From: an uncultured Methanosarcinales archaeon
GTDB taxonomy: Archaea; Nanobdellota; Nanobdellia; Woesearchaeales; JAGWAF01
DNA length: 42,232 nucleotides
Reading direction: 5' to 3'
Assembly: GCA_964529655.1 (NCBI GenBank)
Contig: CAZGZA010000002.1
Location: forward strand, 10,705-52,936
Shown here one piece after another: positions 18,562 to 27,600 of the stretch; the first letter of the stretch is position 1, and each line of letters starts with the position of its first letter. A program made the translations under genes and the position numbers. The notes under the pieces were generated by a model that was given only the letters and a program-made list of their open reading frames with translations, was not told the origin of the DNA and made no database searches.

Positions 18562-19326
18562 ATGGACAAATTTAAGGTTGCAGCTGCGCAAATAAACCTC
18601 AATCAAACATTTGCGTTGGTGCTGAAGGATATGCTGAACTATATTGACCGCGCCAAGGCAAAGGGGGTTGATATCATCTGCTTTCCAGAATCCTCACTTT
18701 TAGGAGGTGACACAAAGAACAGATGGGCGCTCGGAAAGCTAAGGCAGAAATGTAAAGAGAAAAAGATATGGGTCATTGTTGCCGGACGCGTTCGGGAAAA
18801 GAAGCATGTTTATAACACTGCTTTTTTAATAAATAATCAGGGAAGAATTCACGGAAAACACAAGAAGGTCCACCTTTCTGAATGCCTGACACCCTCACTA
18901 AGAGCAGGTTCGGCATTTAAAGTCTATGACACGCCTTTCTGCAAAATAGGGCTGGCAATCTGCTGGGATGTTGCATTTCCTAATGCAGTTCAGAGCATGG
19001 TTAAGAAAGGAGCAAAGTTAATATTCTGTCCAATGTATTGGTGCTTTGAGGAATGGGTGCACAGGAAAGAGCCTAAAAAGTTCGAGAAAAAGCTTCTCAG
19101 GGCGCTGGTCCTTACAAGGGCGTTTGAAAATCTTGCTTATACTATTGTCTGCAATGCTTATGACCAGAAAAGGCCTGACCTGACTTCATACTCTGCAATA
19201 GCAGAGCCGCACAAGATAATAAGCGAAATTTTCGAAAAAGAGGGTATGATTACGGCTGAGGTTGACCTTAATTATCTTAAGAAAGTAAGAAAGAAGTATG
19301 CAGAAGATTATAACAAGGTTTTTTAA
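18562..19326 (+). CDS. Carbon-nitrogen hydrolase (nitrilase superfamily)
   Basis: The E-K-C triad context is CFPES, HGKHKKVHL and GLAICWD. Confidence 0.85.
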   Translation: MDKFKVAAAQINLNQTFALVLKDMLNYIDRAKAKGVDIICFPESSLLGGDTKNRWALGKLRQKCKEKKIWVIVAGRVREKKHVYNTAFLINNQGRIHGKHKKVHLSECLTPSLRAGSAFKVYDTPFCKIGLAICWDVAFPNAVQSMVKKGAKLIFCPMYWCFEEWVHRKEPKKFEKKLLRALVLTRAFENLAYTIVCNAYDQKRPDLTSYSAIAEPHKIISEIFEKEGMITAEVDLNYLKKVRKKYAEDYNKVF

Positions 19327-20210
19327 CCTAGCTTCCTGCAAATCCCGTATAAGTAACTAACCAGCAGCCTTGCCAGCCTTGGGGCGTCATGATTGATAAA
19401 AAAGAGGTCTGGACAGCTGTTTGCCTCAATAATATACCACCTGTTCTGGGCGTAGATAAGGTCTAGCCCGCAAACCTCCAGTCCGCAAACCCTTGAAGTC
19501 TGTTCACACAACGCTTTTAGTCTCTTGCCGATTCTTGCCAGCATAAAATGTTCTTTATGGCTGCTGCCGGTTTGTTTCCAGCTTCTCCCGCCAAGTTTGC
19601 CAACAGCCTGTTTTACCTTATAATTAATCAACGTAACTCTATAACTTCTGTGATCACTCGGAATATATTCCTGAGCAAGGACAGGGGAAACCGGATTTCT
19701 CCTTAAAATTTTAGACAATTTTTTGAAAAAGTCTTTTGGCGTCGCGGCCCTCTCAACGCACACTCCGTTATCAGAAAAAACTGCTTTAATAACTAATGGC
19801 TGCTTCTTAAGAAGGTTCCTGATAAAAGGATTGTTTGATTTTAAATCACGCGGGATAAAATAGGTTCTCGGAGTGGGAATTCCATTCTCAATGCACTTAA
19901 GATAGAACATCCATTTATCCTCCTGATAATAAAAGGAATGCGTCGGAGAGACAACCCTCTTGCCAAGCTCTTCAAGGGTTTTGGAAAGCTCAACAGACTC
20001 CTGTAATTCAGGGCCGGCGGCGGCATAATTAAGAATAACCTTGCAGGATTTTACCTTTTTTTTAAAGGATATTGGGTCAAGCTGCTCCTCTACTGGCAGG
20101 AGAACTACATCCAGCCTTCTGCCAAGCGTGGAGATAAGAAGTTTGTCTATGTTATCAACTGACTCTTTGTAATAGATATAGCCGATAGAATATCTCTTTT
20201 GTTTCATCAA
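19323..20210 (-). CDS. ATP-grasp family ligase (RimK-like)
   Basis: The size, the central lysine-containing region LVIKAV and the C-terminal LDLIY..WYIIEANSCPDL are typical of ATP-grasp folds. Confidence 0.55.
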   Translation of the reverse strand: MMKQKRYSIGYIYYKESVDNIDKLLISTLGRRLDVVLLPVEEQLDPISFKKKVKSCKVILNYAAAGPELQESVELSKTLEELGKRVVSPTHSFYYQEDKWMFYLKCIENGIPTPRTYFIPRDLKSNNPFIRNLLKKQPLVIKAVFSDNGVCVERAATPKDFFKKLSKILRRNPVSPVLAQEYIPSDHRSYRVTLINYKVKQAVGKLGGRSWKQTGSSHKEHFMLARIGKRLKALCEQTSRVCGLEVCGLDLIYAQNRWYIIEANSCPDLFFINHDAPRLARLLVSYLYGICRKLG

Positions 20211-20245
20211 AGATTAATAAGGCAAAAAGGGTATTTATATTTTGG

Positions 20246-20278
20246 GATTTTAGTCCAAAAAAATGCGCTGGCCGGGAT
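20246..20278 (-). repeat. Duplicate of the tRNA-Gly(TCC) 3' end plus its trailer
   Basis: GATTTTAGTCCAAAAAAATGCGCTGGCCGGGAT (20246-20278) matches 20333-20364 with a 1-nt indel. A CCAGATTTTT..AAAAATCTGG hairpin lies between the two copies. Confidence 0.85.
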
Positions 20279-20349
20279 ACCCACCAGATTTTTAAAAAAA
20301 TCTGGTAAAAACATTGGACATAAAATCTTTGAGATTTTAGTCCAAAAAA

Positions 20350-20420
20350 TGCGCTGGCCGGGATTCGAACCCGGATAATCAGCTTGGAAGGCTGAAGTCA
20401 TGCCATTAGACCACCAGCGC
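20350..20420 (-). tRNA. tRNA-Gly (TCC)
   Basis: Hand fold: GCGCTGG..CCAGCGC acceptor, anticodon arm TCAGC-CTTCCAA-GCTGA, T arm CCGGG-TTCGAAT-CCCGG. Confidence 0.9.
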
Positions 20421-20606
20421 ATTTGTTATGATAGCAGAAGACATAAAAAAATATACAATTAGCAGGTCTTCTGCTATTAGCCAAAGGCATACTAATTGTA
20501 TAAACAATTATGTCTTTGGCTATAAAATGGCGGGTTGTATTATAAAGTTTTTGCTCTTTTTAAAAAGCAAATCTTTAAATTTCTCTTGCGCTTTGTCTCT
20601 TAATAC

Positions 20607-20680
20607 GGGGCTGTGGTCTAGCTTGGTATGATACACGCATGGGGTGCGTGTGATCGGGAGTTCAAATCTCCCCAGCCTCA
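20607..20680 (+). tRNA. tRNA-Pro (GGG)
   Basis: Acceptor GGGGCTG/CAGCCTC, anticodon arm ACGCA-TGGGGTG-TGCGT, T arm GGGAG-TTCAAAT-CTCCC. Confidence 0.85.
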
Positions 20681-20929
20681 TTTGGAATTAAAGCTGTAGC
20701 GCAGGTTTAATTCCAGCTTTTTACCAGATTTTTACCGAAAAATCTGGTGGTAATCTCCCCAGCCCCAGTTATTTGTTTGTAGTGGGTAATTCTTGGGACT
20801 TCACGAAGTGAATGTCCCATTCTTTTTGATCAAACTTTTCGCCAAAACACTCAAAAATCCATTAAGATTTTTGGTGTCCTAAAAATTCCCGGAATTTTTA
20901 TGAGTTTGGTGAATATCTCCCCAGCCTCA
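20681..20929 (+). repeat. Two tandem tRNA-Pro trailer cassettes, each ending in a copy of the tRNA 3' end
   Basis: ATCTCCCCAGCCCCA (20753-20767, 1 mismatch) and ATCTCCCCAGCCTCA (20915-20929, exact) both match the tRNA at 20666-20680. Confidence 0.85.
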
Positions 20930-20960
20930 TTTTAGGATATCTTTTTAAACAGCTTTTTGT

Positions 20961-21758
20961 TTGCAGTCAAATATGGAAGATTATCCCTGTGCTTGTATTG
21001 AGGACAAGATAGATAATACGGATATTACAATTTTGGGGGTTCAGCATGTTGAGCCATTTCTCTTGCAGCATTATTCTTTTTTGCAAAGCCAGATTAATAA
21101 AGCAGATGCAGTAGTTCTTGAACAGGTCGTTGGCGGCTCATCTGTGACAGACAGCTTCTTTGGCCATCTTGCTATGATAGCAATTCCAAAGCCGGTTTAT
21201 GTTGTTGATCCGATTAATACCGCTTTGTTTTTTACTGATAGGGTACTCGGATTTCTTGGATTATGTATAATGTTAACCAGTCCAATGCGTTATGCCACCC
21301 GTTTCGTAGCAAAGAAAGTGTTTAAAGGTAAGGAAAGCAAAAAAGCGCCTACAAGAAGGGAGTTTTTAGGAAGCCTTTTCAAAAGCGCTGCAATATTTGG
21401 TGCAGGAACTTCGCTTTTTTCAGGCAGTCTTAGTTCGCTTTCATTAAAGGATGCTATATCCCCCAATATGGTTTTGAACTATGGTGTTGAAGATGTTTTA
21501 TCGTACGGCTCAATAGACTTTAGGAATATTATAATAGCAGAGGGTTTAAACAAGATTATAACCACACAAAAAGAAAAGAAGATTCTTACTATTCATGGCG
21601 ATGCGCACTCAAAACCTATTCATTATTATTTAACGCACCCGGCTTTTAGAGCTAAAAAGCTTGCTTACCTGCCATTTGCGCTGATATGCCGGAATGAGAT
21701 TAAGAAATACCAGTTTATGGGATTTGACTGGAGAATGGAGGCGACATTACCATTCTAG
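20961..21758 (+). CDS. Hypothetical protein, possibly TraB/GumN-like
   Basis: DITILGVQHVEP near the N-terminus and TIHGDAHS near the C-terminus weakly recall the TraB/GumN family. The likely true start is the ATG at 20973. Confidence 0.35.
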   Translation: MQSNMEDYPCACIEDKIDNTDITILGVQHVEPFLLQHYSFLQSQINKADAVVLEQVVGGSSVTDSFFGHLAMIAIPKPVYVVDPINTALFFTDRVLGFLGLCIMLTSPMRYATRFVAKKVFKGKESKKAPTRREFLGSLFKSAAIFGAGTSLFSGSLSSLSLKDAISPNMVLNYGVEDVLSYGSIDFRNIIIAEGLNKIITTQKEKKILTIHGDAHSKPIHYYLTHPAFRAKKLAYLPFALICRNEIKKYQFMGFDWRMEATLPF

Positions 21759-21802
21759 AGCCTTAGAAAATCTTATATATTATCAAGAGAATGTTTTAAG
21801 AT

Positions 21803-22450
21803 ATGCCTAACACAATTCTTGTTATTTGCGCGCATAACGATGATGGGATTATTGGCGCCGGTGGCACGCTCGCGAGATACGCAGAGGAGGGCAAAAGGAT
21901 TAGGACAATTGTTTTCTCTTACGGTGAACTAATCAAGTTTCATCTCCAAAAAGAGCTTGCAATAAAAATGCGGGTTAAGGAAGCGCTTGATTGTGACAGG
22001 ATTCTTGGAGGCAAGGGTATACTTCATCTGGGCATTAGCGAAAACAATTTTGACGAAGAAATTAAAAAAAGACATATCAAGGAAAAGCTTGCTGGCATTA
22101 TCAAAAAAGAGAATCCGGAAAAGATATTCACACATTCGGTCAATGATCCGCATCGTGACCATAAAGCAGTTTACCGGCTTGTAAAGGAAATGAAGAGCGA
22201 ACATTTAATGAAATGCGAGGTTTACTCTTTTGAGATATGGAATATTATTAACCTGTTTGAGAGGGATCAGCCAAAGCTTATTGTTGATATTACCTCTACT
22301 TTCAGAAAAAAAAGCAGGGGGATTATGGCACATAAAAGCCAAAACCTGCTGATTGTTAAGCCATTTCTTATCAAGGCCTTCTTCAAGGATTTAATAAATG
22401 GCTTCAATAATAGCTGCTGGTTTGCTGAGGTATTTAACAAATTCCAATGA
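21803..22450 (+). CDS. PIG-L family deacetylase (LmbE-like)
   Basis: VICAHNDDGIIGAGGT and HSVNDPHRDH. Confidence 0.85.
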   Translation: MPNTILVICAHNDDGIIGAGGTLARYAEEGKRIRTIVFSYGELIKFHLQKELAIKMRVKEALDCDRILGGKGILHLGISENNFDEEIKKRHIKEKLAGIIKKENPEKIFTHSVNDPHRDHKAVYRLVKEMKSEHLMKCEVYSFEIWNIINLFERDQPKLIVDITSTFRKKSRGIMAHKSQNLLIVKPFLIKAFFKDLINGFNNSCWFAEVFNKFQ

Positions 22451-23526
22451 AGATTGCGATTGTTTCAGACAGGTATTATCCAAGTATGGACGGAATTGTG
22501 AGGTTTCTGGAGGCTGTTATTCCCGGGCTGGAAAAGAGGATGGAGCTGCAGCTCTTAGTCCCGGGCTATAGCAAGAGCCAAAAAAGTATCTCAGCTAAGA
22601 CAACAGTTGTTCCAGCGTTTAAAGCTGAATTTCTTGGCCTGCCATATATGGTTATTCCTAAGAAGATTAAATACTTAAAGGAGGCAATTAAAAACAGCGA
22701 TAAGGTCTGGGTTCAGACAATGGGACTTTTTGGAATGGCAGCATTTTATTATGCTAGAAAATACAAAAAGCCTGTTTATGTTTTTGTCCATAGTATAGAA
22801 TGGGAGCTGTTGTTGCATTCTCTAAAGGCGCCGAGGATTGTTAAGCTAATTCTCGCCAGGATTATAAAATGTGTAATTTTGCATTTTTACAAAAAGGCAG
22901 AGCTGCTGATGGTGCCATCAAAAGATATGCAGCATTTGTTTCCGACAATGAAAACAGGGGTTATACCTCTAGGGGTTGACCGCAATATATTCCGGCCTTT
23001 AGCCGGAAAAAGCCATGGCTTTACAGTAGGGTATTGCGGCAGGCTTTCAGAAGACAAGAATCTTATGGTTCTTAAGCAGGCCTTTAAGATGCTGCATGAA
23101 AAAGTGCCGAACAGCAGCCTTTTGCTGGTTGGTGATGGCCCGCTTAAGGAAAAGCTTAAAGGCATTGGAATTACAATTACAGGTTTTGTTTATGATGTTG
23201 TTGGATATCTAAATAAGATGGATGTTTTTGTTTTGCCCTCACTTACAGAAACAACATCACTGGCAACGCTTGAGGCCATGGTATGCGGGCTTCCTGTGAT
23301 TGTTACTAAATCCTCACCTGTCCTGCGCAGGATAATTCAGGATGGCAAAAATGGCTTTTTCTTCCATAAGCTTAATGCAAATGAGCTTGAGGAGCGACTG
23401 ATGCTGTTGTACAGCAAACCAAAGCTAAGAAAATCAATGGGTAGACTAAACCAAAAGATTATAGCAAAAAGGTTTAGCTGGAGCACTGCGATTGAGAGGA
23501 TTGCGGGAATTCTGAACAAGATTTAA
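22447..23526 (+). CDS. Glycosyltransferase family 4 (GT-B fold)
   Basis: The C-terminal EX7E-type region is PSLTETTSLATLEAMVCGLPVI. It overlaps the PIG-L stop by 4 nt. Confidence 0.85.
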   Translation: MKIAIVSDRYYPSMDGIVRFLEAVIPGLEKRMELQLLVPGYSKSQKSISAKTTVVPAFKAEFLGLPYMVIPKKIKYLKEAIKNSDKVWVQTMGLFGMAAFYYARKYKKPVYVFVHSIEWELLLHSLKAPRIVKLILARIIKCVILHFYKKAELLMVPSKDMQHLFPTMKTGVIPLGVDRNIFRPLAGKSHGFTVGYCGRLSEDKNLMVLKQAFKMLHEKVPNSSLLLVGDGPLKEKLKGIGITITGFVYDVVGYLNKMDVFVLPSLTETTSLATLEAMVCGLPVIVTKSSPVLRRIIQDGKNGFFFHKLNANELEERLMLLYSKPKLRKSMGRLNQKIIAKRFSWSTAIERIAGILNKI

Positions 23527-24545
23527 ATACTAGCATTAGAGGGAGTTGACAAGAATAACGCAGACTTGCTGATTAATGCTATAATAGTAAGCAAGTCTGC
23601 GGAATGTACAAGAATGACAAACAATCCATTAATAAATATTGATAAAATCAAGAGCAGGATTTATACTATTAGAAGCCTACAAGTAATGCTCGATGCAGAT
23701 CTTGCAGAGCTTTATAATGTAGAGACAAAAACATTAAATCAAGCAGTTAAAAGAAACAGTGAAAGATTTCCAAAAGAGTTTATGTTTCAAATAGCTCAAG
23801 AAGAGTTTGATAATTTGAAGTCACAATTTGTGGCCTCAGGTGCAAAAGATTTAAGGTCACAAAATGTTACCTTAAAAAACAGAAGAGGGCATCACCGGAA
23901 GTATCTTCCATATGTTTTTACAGAGCAGGGAGTTGCAATGCTTTCAGGAGTCTTAAAAAGCAACACTGCGGTAAAGATAAGCATACAAATAATGAGCGCA
24001 TTTGTCGCAATGAGGCAGTTTATCTATTCAAATGCCCAAATATTTTATAGGTTAAATGTTGTAGAAAAAAAGCAAATAGAATATGACAATAAATTTGATG
24101 AAATATTCGATGCCATACAAAGCAAAGATATAGTCCCTGAGAAAGGAATATTTTTTGATGGGCAGATATTTGATTCATACCAATTTGTTTCTGGCTTAAT
24201 TAGAAGCGCTAATAAGTCCATTATCCTTATTGATAATTATATAGATGATTCTGTATTGACTCTATTCAGCAAGAGAAATAAAAATGTGCAAGCCACTATA
24301 TTCACTAAAGAGATTTCCAAGCAATTAGCTCTTGATTTAACCAAATACAATTCACAATACCCATCAATCGAAGTAAAAGAGTTTAAACAGTCGCATGATA
24401 GGTTTCTTATAATAGATAATAAGGATGTTTACCATTTTGGGGCATCATTAAAAGATTTAGGCAAAAAGTGGTTTGCATTCTCAAAATTTGACAGGGAAGC
24501 AGTTAAGCTGCTGGATAAGCTGGGGTTGAAATGAAAGAGGGGTAT
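23527..24545 (+). mobile_element. Candidate inserted cassette carrying an ORF6N-domain gene, bounded by duplicated glycosyltransferase 3' ends
   Basis: It is flanked by the direct repeats 23411-23526 and 24546-24658. No integrase or transposase is present. Confidence 0.45.
23614..24534 (+). CDS. ORF6N (KilA-N-like) DNA-binding domain protein with a C-terminal PLD-like degenerate HKD region
   Basis: IRSLQVMLDADLAELYNVETKTLNQAVKRNSERFPKEFMFQ is the ORF6N signature. The C-terminal HDRFLIIDNKDVYHFGASLKDLG resembles an HxK-x4-D...GS motif with K replaced. I placed the start at MTNNPL. Confidence 0.7.
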   Translation: MTNNPLINIDKIKSRIYTIRSLQVMLDADLAELYNVETKTLNQAVKRNSERFPKEFMFQIAQEEFDNLKSQFVASGAKDLRSQNVTLKNRRGHHRKYLPYVFTEQGVAMLSGVLKSNTAVKISIQIMSAFVAMRQFIYSNAQIFYRLNVVEKKQIEYDNKFDEIFDAIQSKDIVPEKGIFFDGQIFDSYQFVSGLIRSANKSIILIDNYIDDSVLTLFSKRNKNVQATIFTKEISKQLALDLTKYNSQYPSIEVKEFKQSHDRFLIIDNKDVYHFGASLKDLGKKWFAFSKFDREAVKLLDKLGLK

Positions 24546-24658
24546 ACAGCAAACCCAAGCTAAGAAAATCAATGGCTAGCTTAAACCAAAGGATTATAGC
24601 AAAAAGGTTCGGCTGGAGCACTGCGATTGATAGTATTGAGAGAATTCTGAAAGATTAG
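24546..24658 (+). pseudogene. Detached duplicate of the glycosyltransferase C-terminal coding end
   Basis: It translates in frame to YSKPKLRKSMASLNQRIIAKRFGWSTAIDSIERILKD*, compared with YSKPKLRKSMGRLNQKIIAKRFSWSTAIERIAGILNKI* at 23411-23526. Confidence 0.7.
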
Positions 24659-27600
24659 CTTATCTTCAAGCACACAACATTGCTCATGCTGTGCTCATCC
24701 ATGCTCACGCCATACAGGTTGTTTGCCTCTGCAATAAGCGCGTCGTTATGGGAGATAATAATATACTGAGCTCTGGAGGAGTATGCGCCTACCAGTTTGG
24801 AAAATTTCTGGGAGTTTATCTTGTCAAGTGAGGCATCCACTTCATCAAAAACATAAAAGCTTGCTGGTTCATGTTCTTGCATGGCAAAAAGGAATGCGAG
24901 CGCCGTCATTGTCTTCTCGCCTCCGCTTAAGCTTCTTATATCCAGGAATTTGTCTCCGGATTGCTTTACCATGATTTTTGTCCCGCCCTCAAATATGTTT
25001 TCAGGCGTTTCAAGCACTAGCGACGCCTCGCCTTTGGTTGAGAGTTCACTGAAGCATTTCTGGAAATGGCCATTAATCTTGTTGAATGTAGTCATGAACA
25101 GCTCTTTTTTCTTTTCCTCTATTACGGCCATTAAATTTGTTACAGACTGCTTTTCATTTTCAAGCTGTTCCCTTTTTTCAAGCAAAGATTTGTATTCACG
25201 TTCAACTGTTTCATAAATTTCCAGAGCGCGCATATTTACTGAGCCTATTTGTTCCCTTAATTTCTCAAATTCCTCTATCTCTTTTTTAAGCTGTTCCTCT
25301 GTTTTTTGGGTATCCAGAGCTATGCCTCGGTATTGCTCAAACGCTGCCTCAAGGCCGGCCAGCTCTGCCTTTATCTTTGCATTTTCAAGCGAGGCAGTAT
25401 TAAGGCTGTATTCAACCCGCCTTGCCTCCTCCTCTTTTTTGTAAGTTTCATTTTCTTTTCCGGCTATCATGTCATTTAGTTCGTTGCGTTGGTTATACAA
25501 ACTTTTAAAATTGGCAAAAAACTTCTGCTGTTCCTGCTCCTTTCCTTTTAGGTTTATCTCCTGGTTTAGAATAAGCTCCTCCAATGCTTTTATCTCCTCA
25601 GAAAACAGGATTTCCTCTTTTTCATGGTCTTTTGTTATTTTTGCAATGTTCTGCCGGTCTCGTCCGATGACCTCTCCTATCTGCAGGTTGATTCCGCCTA
25701 TTTTTGCCTCAAGCTTGATAATCTCCTCTATGATTTCAGTTTTTTTCTGCTCAAATGCGTTGAGCTCAGCCAGCAGAGTCGGATTTCTTAGCTCGTTTAT
25801 CTGGTTTCTAAGCTGTTGTTTTTTAATTTTTGCATCCGCCAACTCTCTATTGGTTTCGGTAATTATGCCAGTCAATTCATCAAAAGCTTTATCCCGCTCT
25901 TTTTGTTTGAGGAGCAGCTCCTCCTTATAGGCAAGCGATGCATCTAAGTCAGCCTCCTCAAGGTGAAGCCCCTTTTCAGTTCTGATTATTTCCCCCTCTG
26001 TTACTGCCTTTAGCTCCCGCTGCAGGCTTATCTTCTTCTCATTATCCTCTTTTTTTGCCTCCAGCTCACGGAGATTATCTTCCATGTCATTAACGCTGTC
26101 GCGTATTCGCTCAATATCAGTCTCAAGCTCCTTTTCCCTGAAACCTATGCCCCTCTTTCTTTCCCTGTAGCCACCAACCATGGCCCCGCTAACATCACAA
26201 AGGTCCCCGTCAAGTGTCGCCATTCGTATCCTTCCAACCCCTATCTTTCTGGCAGAGTCAATATTGTCTACAATAATAGTATCGCCAAAAATATAGTCAA
26301 ACACATTTTTGAACATAGGCTTATATTTTATAAGGCCGCCAGCAAGGCCATGGACACCGTTCATCTTTAGGATGCTCTCTGTCTCCATTGGCTTTGCGGA
26401 CTTAATCTTATTTAGTGGAAAAAAATGTACTATGCCGAGTTTGTCGTGTTTAAGGTATTTTATGCATTTGGCTGCTGTGGCATCATCCTTGACAACAACC
26501 CCCTTAAGCCTTGGCCCGGCAGCTATCTCCAGGGCAAGGCTGTATTTCGAGCTGACTGTTCCAAGCTCTGAAACAGCGCCGTATATTTCGCCAAGGCTTT
26601 CCCTATTTTTTAGGACGCTCTTGACTGCTATATTGCCTGAGATGCTTTCTTTTAGTGAGATATTTTTTGCCTCAAGCTTGGCCAATTCGGTTTTGTCGCG
26701 CAGGAGGTTTTTTCGCAACTCTGCAAGCTGTGCGGCAAGCGTTGAATCCATATTCAGGAGGGCATTAAGCTCAAGCGTTGCCTTTTTGAATATATCCTGT
26801 TTTTGTTTAAGCTGTTTTAATTCTGCCTCGTGTTCCCTCTCTACTTCAGCAACCTTTTTAATTCTGTCCTGGATTGTCTGAACCTGAAACTCCAACTTGT
26901 CCTTTTCCCTTAAAAGCCCCTGCTGTTTTTCACGCAGGCTGTTTATTGCCCTCTGCCTTTCCTCTATGAACAGGTCTTTTTCCTCTATTTCTTTTTCTAT
27001 CTTTTCAGCCTCCTCCCCTAACTTATGCCTTTTCTTGAAATTGAAAATATTTTTTTCCAGCTCCCGCTGCCCAAAAGCCAGGGTTTTTTTCTCGTCTTCA
27101 AGCGTTTCTATTTCAGTAGTAAAATTCTTTGTTTTTTCATCCAATTCAGCGATATTCTTCCTGAACTGGTCCTTTCTTGCCCCAATTCTTGCAATCTCAT
27201 TTTTGCAGGAGCTTATGCGGTTTTTTCCGGTGCCAATATCAACCTTAAGTTTTTCTATGTCTTTTTGCAGCTGCCGCTGCTCTCTGTCACCCTTTTCCTC
27301 AACGACTTTGGTGATCTCCTTTATTTTGTCGCGCTTTTCTTTTATTGCATCCCTGATTGTGCTGATTTCAGCTTTTACTTTTTCCAGTTCGTCATTGCGG
27401 GCGCTTATTTGGTGTTCATAATCCTCTTTTACAGCAATTCTTTTGTCAATATCCCGCTTAATGTACGAAGCCTTGTTTACGGCGATTTGATTGTTCAGCT
27501 CCCTGTATTTTAAGGCCTGGTCCCTGTCCTTTTTTAGTTCGCGCATGTAGCTCTTTCTTTCCTTAAGTATTATGTCTGCCTCGCCAAGCTTCTGCCCGAC

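Noticed and set aside
20207-20422. 71-aa minus-strand ORF (likewise 31426-31617 and 20428-20631)
   Set aside because: They overlap the tRNA-Gly(TCC), tRNA-Val and tRNA-Pro genes and their trailer or leader repeats. The tRNA folds explain the sequence.
21343-21420. Twin-arginine-like motif (TRREFLGSLFKSAAIFGAG) in ORF 20961-21758
   Set aside because: It lies ~130 residues into the protein rather than at the N-terminus, so it cannot be called a Tat signal for this gene model. It could matter only if the real gene starts internally, which I cannot support.
23545-23590. Bacterial-looking TTGACA and TATAAT hexamers upstream of the ORF6N gene
   Set aside because: The spacing is ~30 nt, far from the 17 +/- 1 nt needed for a sigma-70 promoter, and the host is archaeal. 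I kept only the palindrome as an observation.
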